From NCBI GenBank assembly GCA_977020255.1, contig CDROCS010001542.1:124001-188000 (forward strand): 64,000 nt of DNA, written 5' to 3'. The notes below the pieces were generated by a model that ran no database searches, was not told where the DNA came from, and saw nothing but the letters and a program-made list of their open reading frames with translations. The stretch's first letter is position 1; every line of letters starts with the position of its first letter. The stretch is from Obrimoposthia wandeli (taxonomy: Eukaryota). Positions 22,800-34,034 of the stretch are shown one piece after another. The position numbers and the translations under genes were made by a program.

Positions 22800-24822
22800 T
22801 AACTAAAATTTCCTTTCGGTTTCGGCGAACTCTCATGACTATTTGTCTTGTCAATATTATTATTATTATATCTACCGGAATTATTATATCTCTCAGCTCC
22901 TTGCTGTCCTACGTAATTATTGTATCTCTCAGCTCCTTGCTGTCTGTCTGTATAGTTATTGTATCTACCTGGTGACTGTTGTCTATCTGTATACTGATTA
23001 TTCGGTCTCCGTTGCTGCGGAGTATATCCACCACCTCTATTCCATGGCGGGGGTGAATTATATCCTCTATAATTATTTCCAAAATTATTATTACCGAAAT
23101 TATTATTTCCAAATCTGTTAGTTCCGAACTCTTTACTTCTCGTACAGTCTCTCGAATAGTGACCCATTTGTTTACACGTATAACACATTATTCTCCCTCG
23201 AATATCGATCTTATTCTGTTCATCTTCGGACTGCACTCGACGACTATTCTGTCTATTGTCGTAGCGTCCTCTAAAATCATTTCTTCGGAAGTTCGATTCA
23301 AAACCACTTCCTCGATTATTGAATCTTCCGTCACTACTTCCTGTATTATTTCCAAATCGAGAGTCACTTCGCTCTCCTCTGTTTGCGTTGTAATTCCTAT
23401 CGTCCCCTCTCCAAGGTTGGCGATTTCCTGAATTATCTCTACTAAATCTATTCCTGGAATCATCTCTATTTCTATTCCACGAATCATTACTATTTCTACC
23501 TCTTGAATCATCTCGATTCCTGTTCCAAGACTCACTATTATTTCTACCTCTCGAATCATCTCGATTCCTATTTCGGAAATTATCTCTGTTTCCGTTACTG
23601 GATTCATCTCCTTTTTCAAACTTATTTTGTCCATAATTTCGATTCTGAAAATTACTCGGTTCTGTTTTATTCACAAATACCTTTGTCTTATCGTCATCAC
23701 CTGCGGTCATTGCGTAAATTGCCAATGCTGCGTTATTTTTTATATTTTTCTCAATTTCTCTCGCCTTTCGTACGGCGTTATCAAAATCGTTTGTGTCCGA
23801 TACTGCCAATAACACTTTAATATCTTTTTTCAGTCCTCCTCTAAATATGTCTAACAAAACTTCTGCCATTTCATTTTGGTTCCGGTTATTTTCCGCTGCT
23901 TGTGCTTCTGGAGCTACAGGGTTACCTTCTAGATTTATCATTATTCTTCTTGGGTACGCTCTTGCGGCTAAGGTTCTCAGAACATACGCGTATTCATTCA
24001 CGCCTTCGTCATGTTTCTGTTTCCGTTCTCTCATGATTCGCTTGTTTACTTTTGCAAAGTCTCCCAATACCAATTTTCCAATAAAAGCATTTTCCAACGT
24101 TTCCCAATTAAAACGTTCTGCTTCTGTCAAATGTTTATACACTTCAAGTGCTAATCCGGTCAAATGTGCCTGTACACGGACACATTTTCTCTATCGTTCC
24201 ATCCTTGAACATCTGCGCAACTCGAATATTCTGCGAGGAAGTCACAAATACTTTCCTCATCTCCTTTAAACTTTGTAATCTGCAATGATCCCGAAAAGTT
24301 GGGTCTCAACGTCGCATTTAAGGCTAGTGCCAACTGTTCTGCATTCATGTCACCTACATTATTTCCTGCATTGTTATCTGCTTGAGCTCCTGGTTGAGCC
24401 ATATTTTCAACTATATCCTCCTCAACTATTTCTTCAATATTAATCACTTGAACTTCCTCAACCGCTACTGGATTGTCAATTTCAATTTCTTCTGGGTTTT
24501 GAACTTCAATAATATCAATTTCTTCTGGGTTTTGAACTTCAATAATATCAATTTCTTTTGGGTTTATTTCACCAAACAACTCAGTCAGATCAAAACTGTC
24601 GGTTGAAACTGCTGATTGATTTACGTCTCTTTCTGATACGTTTTCTTCGATTCTAGTCTTTTCTATTACTTTGTTATCTGTTTGGGAAACCTGTTCAATT
24701 CGGTTAAATTTATTATTATTTATCTCTTCCTGGGGAATCTGACTTTGTCTTGTAGTATTAAACGCGGGTCCTTTTCTATTATCCGTTGTCTTATCAATTA
24801 TGTATTCGTTTACGATATCAAT
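22800..24822 (-). pseudogene. gag: Gag (acidic leader, capsid-like region, R/D/N-rich nucleocapsid with one CCHC knuckle)
   Basis: First ATG at 24402 (MAQPG..); QITKFKGDEESICDFL..Y...GWNDRE; one-A deletion near 24190; CYTCKQMGHYSRDC at 23144-23185. Confidence 0.9.
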
Positions 24823-24921
24823 TTACTTATTACTTTATCTTATTTCACAATTCTTATTTTACGATTTCTTATATCAATTTAATTAGTTCGAGGAGGCGTC
24901 TCTAACCTATTCAATTAATTA

Positions 24922-25350
24922 CCTCGAGTAACAATCCACTCGATTCGCAAACTTTATTCAAACTACTTAATTCGAGGAACAAATCTATTCGATTTTACAA
25001 CTTTATCAAATTACTGAATCCGAGGAACAAATCCACTCGATTTTACAAACTTTATCAATTTACTGAACTCGAGGAACAAATCTACTCGATTTTACAAACT
25101 TTATCAAATTACTTAATTCGAGGAACAAATCTACTCGATTCTCAAACTTTATCAAATTACTTAATTCGAGGAACAAATCTACTCGATTTTACAAACTTTA
25201 TCAATTTACAAAACTCGAGGAACAAATCCACTCGATTTTACAAACTTTATCAATTTACTGAACTCGAGGAACAAATCTACTCGATTTTACAAACTTTATC
25301 AAATTACTTAATTCGAGGAACAAATCCACTCGATTCTCAAAACTTATCAA
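24922..25350 (-). repeat. 48-49-bp tandem array (~9 copies) in the 5' leader, each with a TCGAG-N11-CTCGA inverted repeat
   Basis: cgagg recurs at 25021, 25070, 25119, 25167, 25216, 25265, 25314; homologous array at 60935-61390. Confidence 0.9.
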
Positions 25351-25547
25351 TTATCTTATCTCAATTTGCTGATATCTTCTTCTTCTGAAACTTATTCTCA
25401 ATTTGCTTATATTTTCTTCTTCTGAAACTTATTCTCAATTTGCTTATATTTTCTTCTTCTGAAACTTATTCTCAATTTGCTTATATCTTCTGTAAGTTAT
25501 TCTCAATTTGCTTATATTCTATGGGAAGTCGCTGTGTCCGACGAGCT

Positions 25548-25566
25548 ATCCTCACTCGGGGCACAA
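25548..25566 (-). other. Primer-binding site, probably elongator tRNA-Met
   Basis: Element-sense TTGTGCCCCGAGTGAGGAT, 8 nt after the LTR; complement matches the remembered animal tRNA-Met(e) 3' end ATCCTCACACGGGGCACCA; here TGG is mutated to TTG. Confidence 0.7.
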
Positions 25567-25574
25567 ATTTAATA

Positions 25575-27722
25575 TGTTGGGGTTTCTATATGAAACTTAT
25601 AGATCCTCTTGAATGCGGAGGGCCCCAACGTGAGTCTATAGAAGCAGGTCTTAGGGATGGTTGTGGCCTACTTAATGTTATAGTTGCCTGTCTCAATGCT
25701 TATCTGAAGGTGTTTGTTTTTTGATGTCTCTTAATCTGAAGGGTTTAGAACAATGCTTTCTAATGTAGGAAATCGTTTATTGTTAACACACTAGACTAAA
25801 ACAAAACAATACGTTTACGTACGTATTTCTAAAAAGTTGTAGTAAAATTCCTAAGACTTCTGAAAGTCTCTACACCAGTGGGGATGAACCACGTATCGAT
25901 TTTAGGTTTTAGGGTTGGTTGACGCTAGAGTCTTCACTCTAAAATTGCGGCAAGTTCGCAGAGTGTTGCTCTAAAGTATAAGTAGTTTGCCGAGCTGTTG
26001 CTCTAACACGGGATGAAGTTCAGTAGAGTTGCTGCTCTAATTTATAGAGTCTTTCCGAAATTTCACTTTAATTACTAGATAAAAGTTTCCTCAGTAATTT
26101 AACAAATTCCAATACAAATGTTTTAGTAAAATTTACGCGGTATTTTAACAATTTTTTAATTCAAATGCTTTAGTAAAATATACTCGGTATTTTAACAATT
26201 TTTAATTCAAAGACTTCAAAATATACTCGGTATTTTAACAATTTTTTAATTCAAAGACTTTACTAAAATGTACTCGGTATTTCAACAATTTTTAATTCAA
26301 AGACTTTAAAATATACTCGGTATTTTAACAATTTTTTAATTCAAAGGCTTTAGTAAAATATACTCGGTATTTTAACAATTTTTTAATTCAAAGACTTTAC
26401 TAAAATGTACTCGGTATTTCAACAATTTTTAATTCAAAGACTTTAAAATATACTCGGTATTTTAACAATTTTTTAATTCAAAGACTTTACTAAAATGTAC
26501 TCGGTATTTTAACAAATTTTAATTCAAAGGCTTTACTAAAATGTACTCAGTATCTCAACAATTCTTTAATTCAAAGGCTTTACTAAAATGTACTCAGTAT
26601 CTCAACAATTCTTTAATTCAAAGGCTTTACTAAAATGTACTCAGTATCTCAACAATCTTTACTCTTTGTCGTGTGCGGCTCACCTTCCAATCTGCAGACA
26701 ATTCCGGAGTGCAAGATCCGTGCGATGCGCTGTCCGCTTGCTGGTTCGGTAGCGCAGTAGAGAGTTGTCGGATAGATGGCTCGATCCGAATCCTTTCTAG
26801 TAATTCGAATAATTCTGTTGAAAATTTTCGTGATTTATCTCCTAGTTTCTTCTGTCTTTCTTCTAACGACTCTCGAAATTGGCGAGAGGAAAACTGCTTG
26901 ATTGAACTGCAAGACTGGAAACTGCTAGATTTTCTGGTTCTCTGCAACAATGATTTTTCTCGTCTCGAAACTTGTCTGATGGCGAACTGCTTCTCGGAAT
27001 TGGCGAACTGCTAGACTGAAACTGCTAGATTTCCTGGTTCTCTGCAACAATGATTTCTTTCGGCTCGAACTTGTCTGATGGCGAACAGCGAATAACGGTA
27101 AGTGTGTTTGGCTTTATATTAAATTACCTCGTCAGTTGTCTCCCGTCTTCAATCGGTTCTGCGACAATTCTCCTGATTGATATTCTTCTGCTTCGCACTG
27201 TGGATAGCGGTAATTTAATTTGTGTGTCTCGATAATTTTACCTTTTCAGTTGTCTCCTGATCTGGTTCTGCTGGCGCGACGGTGATGGCTCGATTACGAT
27301 GACTGTTGCTGCTGTGTTGCTGCTGCGACACTGTGGGAACTTGTTGCGGCGCTGTGGAAATCTGTCCAAATATGACAGTTATTCTACTAATGACTTTTAC
27401 TTACTTTGATGCTGTTTGATTGCTTGGCTGCAGCTGTTTTGGCTCCCACGCTATTTGGTAATTTATTCTTCGTCAATTAATTGATTGATTCGTTTATTTC
27501 TCGTTTTCTTATTTCTTGATTAATTCTTTGGGGCCCTTTAATTTAATTTCAACCTCCTTATATATAACACATTGAACATGACCTTTCAAGGTCCTAATAT
27601 TTAATTTGCCTTTTACTCTCATCAATTTATTTTAAATATTATTTTCTATTTAGTTTTATAACCTTGCTTTCAAGGATTTTATTTTTATATAAATTAGATT
27701 AATTATTTAAATTTTATCAAAT
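25575..27722 (-). repeat. 5' LTR of giant element (last 13 bp displaced to 30098-30110 by nested solo LTR)
   Basis: Matches 4456-6384; continues as aaat-cctaatcctaaca after 30093. Confidence 0.95.
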
Positions 27723-28149
27723 TGTTGGGGTTTCTATACGAAACTTGGTACAGATCCTCTTAATGTGCGGAGGGCCCCAACGTGAGTTCGATTAGAAGCA
27801 GGTCTTAAAGTTGGTCGTGGCCTACTTAGTGTTATGGTTGCCTAATCTCTTGTACTATCTGAAGGTATTTGATTTGGTGTCTCTCTATTTCTGAAGGGTG
27901 CAAAACAACTTGTTCTAATGTAGGAAATTGTTTATTGGTAATTCACGTAATTAAACACAACAATACGTTTATGTACGTATTTCTAAAAAGTATGGTAAAA
28001 TTCCTAAGACTTCTGTAAGTCTCTACAAGAAGTGGGGATGAACCACGTATCGATTTTACGTTCGGGTGATCGAGATTTTAGAGTCGTTCCTCTAACTCAC
28101 GAATAGACTCAAGTTATAGATTTTTCGAATCAATGTGACTTTAATGTCA

Positions 28150-29120
28150 AACTTAACGTTATAAATTCCTTACGTTATATAAAAACTTAACGTTATAAAT
28201 TCCTTTAATATGAAAACGTTATATAAAACTTAACGTTATAAATTCCTTTTATATGAAAACGTTATATAAAAACTTAACGTTATTAAATTCCTTTAATATG
28301 AAAACGTTATATAAAACTTAACGTTATAAATTCCTTTTATATGAAAACGTTATATAAAAACTTAACGTTATTAAATTCCTTTAATATGAAAACGTTATAT
28401 AAAACTTAGCGTTATAAATTCCTTTTATATGAAAACGTTATATAAAAACTTAACGTTATAAATTTCTTTAATATGAAAACGTTATATAAGACTTAACGTT
28501 ATAAATTTCTTTAATATGAAAACGTTATATAAGACTTAACGTTATAAATTCCTTTAATATGAAAACGTTATATAAAACTTAGCGTTATAAATTCCTTTTA
28601 TATGAAAACGTTATATAAAAACTTAACGTTATAAATTTCTTTAATATGAAAACGTTATATAAGACTTAACGTTATAAATTTCTTTAATATGAAAACGTTA
28701 TATAAGACTTAACGTTATAAATTCCTTTTATATGAAACGTTATATAAAACTTAGCGTGATAAATTCCTTTAATATGAAAACGTTATATAAAAACTTAACG
28801 TTATAAATTTCTTTAATACGAAAACGTTATATAAAAACTTAACGTTATAAATTTCTTTAATATGAAAACGTTATATAAGACTTAACGTTATAAATTTCTT
28901 TAATATGAAAACGTTATATAAGACTTAGCGTTATAAATTCCTTTTATATGAAAACGTTATATAAAAACTTAACGTTATAAATTTCTTAATATGAAAACGT
29001 TATATAAGACTTAACGTTATAAATTCCTTTTATATGAAACGTTATATAAAACTTAACGTTATTAAATTCCTTTTATATGAAACGTTATATAAAACTTAGC
29101 GTTATAAATTCCTTTTATAT
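28150..29120. repeat. ~43-bp AT-rich tandem array (~22 copies) in solo LTR
   Basis: Unit aacttaacgttataaattcctttaatatgaaaacgttatataa with two AACGTT palindromes. Confidence 0.9.
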
Positions 29121-29187
29121 GGTGTTTATACCTTTATTGTTTTGACTTGGTATATTGACGATCTCTGGAGATGGTCACTTGACGATC

Positions 29188-29549
29188 TCTTGTAACTCTG
29201 GCGAAGGATTGTTCGGAATAATTTAGATTGTAGGTCTCTTGTAATTCTGGCGAGGTATTGTGTCGGGATTATTTAGATCGCAGAGAGTCTCTTGTAATTC
29301 TGGTGAGGTATTGTTCGGGATAATTCAGATCGCAGAGAGTCTCTTGTAATTCTGGCGAGGTATTGTTCAGGATAATTCAGATCGCAGAGAGTCTCTTGTA
29401 ATTCTGGCGAGGTATTGTTCGGGATAATTCAGATCGCAGAGAGTCTCTTGTAATTCTGGCGAGGTATTGTTCAGGATAATTCAGATCGCAGAGAGTCTCT
29501 TGTAATTCTGGCGAGGTATTGTTCAGGATAATTCAGATCGCAGAGAGTC
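29188..29549. repeat. 52-bp tandem array (~7 copies) in solo LTR
   Basis: Unit ctcttgtaattctggcgaggtattgttcaggataattcagatcgcagagagt. Confidence 0.9.
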
Positions 29550-30110
29550 GCCGTCCACTTCTGTAGCGTGTAATTTATATAGACTCAATTTTAGGAATAC
29601 TTACTAAGTTTGTTTCGCTGACTGTGTGTCTTGGCGCGACAATGATTTCTCTTCGTGTGTAGGTATGTTCTCTTCAGTGACTTATATAGTCGATTGAGAT
29701 CAGGCAATTTTCACCTGGCTTCTTGAATATCGGAGGCAATTTTCACCTGGCTCTTAAAGTCGGTGAAATTAAAATTTTCAAATAAAAATAATATGCCTAC
29801 GTTTTGCTGACTCTTGACTTCTTCTTCTTAAATTTTCCTTGCTTAATTTTCTTAATTAGTTTTGCTTATTTGTCTTTTTGCACTTTTAGGTTAATTAACT
29901 TTAAACTTATATACACATTTCACACTATACACGACCTTCGTGGTCCTCCTAATTTTTACCCTAAATTCCACTAATTTTAATTCTAAAACTAAAATTAATA
30001 TTTTAATTTAATTTTCAACCTTGCTTTCAAGGATTTTTATTTTAGTATTTAATCGACTAAAATATTTAAATTTCTTAATTCTCAAACCTAACAAAATCCT
30101 AATCCTAACA

Positions 30111-30733
30111 GCTTGATGTTGATAAGGTTCTGTAAGTTCATGTTCAATACCAAATTTTCGTAGCCAATTCTGAAAACAATTTCCCGTAAATATTCTTCTA
30201 TCTGTTAAAATGCTCTTAGGTTTCCCAAATTTATATATTCAATTTATCTCAAAAAATAGTAATTGTTATTTCCTCTTCTTTGTAGTTGCTGAGAGTGATA
30301 CCAGTTTATTACATCAACATACATTTTTAAAGATCTTCCTTCTTTCATGTGGTCTATATCGACAACTATTTTATCTAAAAAAATTATTTGACTATAGGAA
30401 TATATATTTCTTTTGTTCAGCCTGTTTCAATTTTTTGGTACAATAAACGCATTTTGATATGCATATTTTTATTTTTTGAATCATTCCTTTCAAATAGAAG
30501 TTATTTTTCATATAGTTATAAATCTTTTACATTCTTAGGTGACAAAGATATTGGTGACTTTCATTATTAATTTCACTAGCGTTATTCAGAGGTATGACAA
30601 TTAAATCTGTAAAATTTTGTTCAAAATAAAGAATATTATTGCAGAGTTTAAGTTTTTCTTTTATCTGATAAATCCAACTTATTTTACATTCATCTAATAA
30701 ATCTTTACTTTCTAGTTGTAAGAAAAATTTCAT
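30111..30733 (-). pseudogene. 5' half of the old integrase split by the giant element
   Basis: SHQYLCH..KIYNYMKNNFYLKGM...C..C zinc finger and IYKFGKPKSILTDR.RIFTGNCFQNWLRKFGIEHELTEPYQHQA core, with stops and frameshifts. Confidence 0.8.
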
Positions 30734-31473
30734 TTCTTTTACGTGAATGCAATTTTCTTATCTCACTCAAGAAGTTGTCTTCATTTAGTTAGTGAATATA
30801 TCGAATTTTAGATCTCTTCTCTTGTGTGTCTATATATTTAGTTTCACACTGAGCACAGACTGTTTCATTCAATCTTGACATGCCATCGGCATTACCATGG
30901 TCAATACCTTTACGATGTTCTAATTTAAAATTAAATTCTGATAAACTTGCTATCCATGTTTGAAATTGAGGACTGATTGTTTTTTGTTTTCCTTAAAAAC
31001 AATGATGCTGTATATATATATATATATGTTCAAAAATGAAACTTTAAATAAAAATCAAACAAATTACTTTACTCAAATATGTATAAAATATTATAAAAAT
31101 TAAATATAGCATATTGAAATGGTTTTAGTATAAAGAGTTTAAAACTCTAGTTTTCAATATACACTTTCAGTTTAATAATATTTTATCATACGACAATTAT
31201 GAAAACTTTTAATGCATTAGACCATTTAGAATATTTAAGAATATATCTACTGTACATAAATTATATTTTTAAAACTGCTAGACTGCTTGATTTCACTAAA
31301 TATATAATATTGAAGTGCGAAATTGTTAATTATTGAAAATAATCGAATCGTAATTTAATTAAGTGTAAGAAGTGAAAGCGTTGCTGTAACGTTAATAATT
31401 GAATAGTTATAGCTCTGAGTATAACTTAAGTTGCGTATCTTACCTAAGGAGTCCTGTGAGAAAGGAGTAATAT

Positions 31474-32340
31474 TGTTAGAATTAGGAATTTGAATAGTGA
31501 AATAAAAATTAAACTATTTATAAGAAAAAAATAAAACCTTGAATAAAAGGTTAGATTAATAAAATGTAAAATTAAAAAAAATAATTTAGGACCTTGAAGA
31601 GGTCATGTATGTTGCGGGGTGTGTAAGAGAGTTTAGGATGTGGGATATTCGCAAGTAATTCCCAACTAATTAATTTAATACAAAGGGCACAAGAAAATAA
31701 TATATCAAGAAATCAATTAAGAACGCGAAATACGAAAAAGGCCAAAGGTTCCAGATTGTGAAGAAAATTAATTAAGAAACAAAAATCAATTATGACGACA
31801 AACGTTCGCTGGGAATCAAACCAGCTGCCAGGACGAGCGAAGGTAAAATTCACTTAAACTAAGTGGTGTTTATTTAACATTTTTCCTAATTTCAGAAACC
31901 TGGGAATTAGCAACAGGAGAGTATCAAAGTTTGTCAAGAAATTCCCATACAAAACAGAAACGTGTTTATTCGCACAGCTAGGAAACTTTTCGCTCCTATT
32001 AGTCGGTTTTCAGAGTATAGTTTTCTTGAAATTGCACACAAACATATTAGTAGCAATAGACATAGAGACATATCGGAAAAAAACTTATTGAACAGCATAA
32101 AATATAAATATCGAAAAAATTGAATTATCAAAGATTTATCAAATCGGAAAAATAAATAGATCAACCGTGAACCCTGGGAGGCAATCAAACCATCAGAGGT
32201 CAAGCTGTGGAACCAAAAACTGACAAATCGTTGAGCAGAGGAGGAAAACCAGACAGTCGGCGATCGCAACAGTCCGGAGACCGGGAGACGAGTCACTTGG
32301 GGAACAGACAGCGAGATAAATATTTGAGTTAGGTAACGAA
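31474..32340 (+). mobile_element. Truncated LTR (U3/R part) of the same family
   Basis: Starts tgttagaattagg; has ccttgaataaaagg and ggaccttgaagaggtcatg at the expected spacing; no CA terminus found; right boundary approximate. Confidence 0.6.
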
Positions 32341-34034
32341 TTCGTAAGTAAGAATAATAATAAACAAATTTAGTTGATTTAATATATGTAACTGATCTGA
32401 AAATAAATTTTAAAAATTATAAATTTAAAACGGAATAAAATCATAATTTTTGAAAGTGCAAATATAAATAAAACCTTCAAGTTGTTAAGTTAACACATGT
32501 AAAAATTAATATGAATGTAATGGTTTATTTGATATGTTAAAAGGACAAGTTAAGTACGATTACTAGCGAGAAAACAATTTATCAGTGGCGACTGATAGTT
32601 CAGCACGATTCACTATCAACTGAAGGCTACCATATATCTTAACAAATGAACAGGTGTTGTAGACTCGCAGGTATAGACAAAAATATTTACGAAGTATAAA
32701 AATTTCTTTACGACTAACATTTATGCATTTAAGCAGGTTTCACACACTAAAATATATCCATAATGTACATCAATTCAATTACGATTATAAAACTGATGAA
32801 TTACCATTGTGCTGAAAGCAAGCAAATTGTAAATGCAAATCATCTCAAAGGCACAACCAAAAGTCACTATAATAGTCAGGGTGTAAGGGTTGATAGCAAG
32901 ATAGGTAATGCAGATAAATCAGATAGAAAACATGGACTAAGTTGGAATGATGTAGTCACCGTTATCGATTCGTTGCATCTGAAAAGTCTTCATATGTTGC
33001 GGTGTGGTCTTCGGCTTTTCCAGACAAAGTGCGAGACTTCACTCGACTTTGTTGATCTATGCGTATTCAATACGTCTTACGTACCTCAATGCTATAAAAA
33101 AGTCTAATATCTTTAAAAGAAAATATTGAAAGATTTTCATAAATAAAATATAGTGACATTCGAAAATATATATTTTATTTAATATAGAGTTTAATTTTAA
33201 GTTATAATAACAACTAAAGTAAACGTCAAAATAATTTTCAAGAAAACATCATGTTATATCATCTATCAGACATTGTCTATAAATCTAATTTTAAATTGTT
33301 TCAAAAAATCATCTTTTAATAATTTTAGAAATGGCTTTTGATTGCTTTTACATGTTATGAACAATACTCTGTATTTATGTATGAATATCAGGAAAAGTAA
33401 ACTATTTAATTCAAAAGGTTTTTTAAATTTTTATAGGTTAGATTACAGATTTATTATTATATGAAAATATATTCAAAGTTTTATTTAAAATTAATAATGT
33501 TTGCTAATATATTATATATTTTATTTATAATAAAATTTTATTTATTTGGTTATTTGTATCTCAATATTTGTTTTAAAAAATATTTAAATTATACGAATGT
33601 TTTTGATTAATAATAGTTACATTTGTATAATAAAAATTTAAATATGTCAACTTTATAAAATTTAATTGAATAATATTCATATGATAACTGATTTTTTGTA
33701 TTAATTTTAATATGACCGATTTCATATCAAAAAGTTGTCAGTGAAAACTCGAGTCCTGTCTACCTTTTTTATTTTTCACATTTCAAAATATCACTAAACA
33801 TTAGGATAAAATTTAAAATCATTTTGAATTTACATATAATATATAGTGTTATTTTATAATTTACACTTTCTAAATTTGTATTTCCAGAAGTATTTAAATA
33901 TTATAAGTTATAATATGATTAGATTATATTTTATTCGCTATAATGTTTTATTATAATGTTTTAATTAAATTTAAAATATTCTAATGTAGGTTTTATCTGA
34001 TTTGTCTTTTATTAACATTTAATTTAGAACAAAT

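Larger units (their letters stand above)
8283..24822 (-). pseudogene. Single disrupted giant polyprotein (~5,500 codons): Gag-Ubl-Bcl2-Env-PR-IAP-PR-RT-RH-IN-Ig x3-DSP-pseudoDSP-membrane cassette
   Basis: Consecutive track ORFs stay in frame across single stops (20501, 19591, 19480, 18985, 17971, 17407, 17215, 16693, 14756, 12371, 9375, 9021) with protein-like sequence in the gaps; frameshifts near 24190, 20395, 17960, 16055, 11250. Confidence 0.8.
27723..30093 (-). mobile_element. Solo LTR of a related subfamily, inserted in the 5' LTR
   Basis: tgttggggtttc...cctaaca termini; 4-bp TSD AAAT (27719-27722 / 30094-30097); shares terminal blocks with the host LTR but has a different interior. 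Confidence 0.92.
4456..30110 (-). mobile_element. Giant Ty3/Gypsy LTR retroelement with env-like and many accessory domains; full length, inactivated; includes nested solo LTR 27723-30093
   Basis: Direct LTRs 4456-6397 and 25575-30110 (TG...CA); identical 4-bp flanks GCTT at 4452-4455 and 30111-30114; PBS next to the LTR at 25575; PR-RT-RH-IN order; removing it restores an interrupted integrase ORF. Confidence 0.96.

Noticed and set aside
9492-23820. Numerous plus-strand ORFs opposite the polyprotein (e.g. 14397-15014, 18260-18742, 23793-24269)
   Set aside because: Antisense shadows of the minus-strand coding frame; no motifs.
24160-24200. Programmed frameshift in early gag, since both elements break here
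   Set aside because: The lesions differ: a one-A loss in element 1 and a 5-nt deletion a few codons later in element 2.
8283-24822. Alternative genetic code or programmed readthrough to explain the many in-frame stops (including TGA at a BIR cysteine as selenocysteine)
   Set aside because: All three stop types occur, they are rare against abundant CAA/CAG/TGG/TGT codons, one TGA sits at a probable Trp and one at a Cys, and element 2 has different stops; ordinary decay explains this. Readthrough at 18985 or 12371 is not excluded without a consensus.
24922-29549. CRISPR-like arrays
   Set aside because: Head-to-tail tandem units without unique spacers, no cas genes, eukaryotic LTR context.
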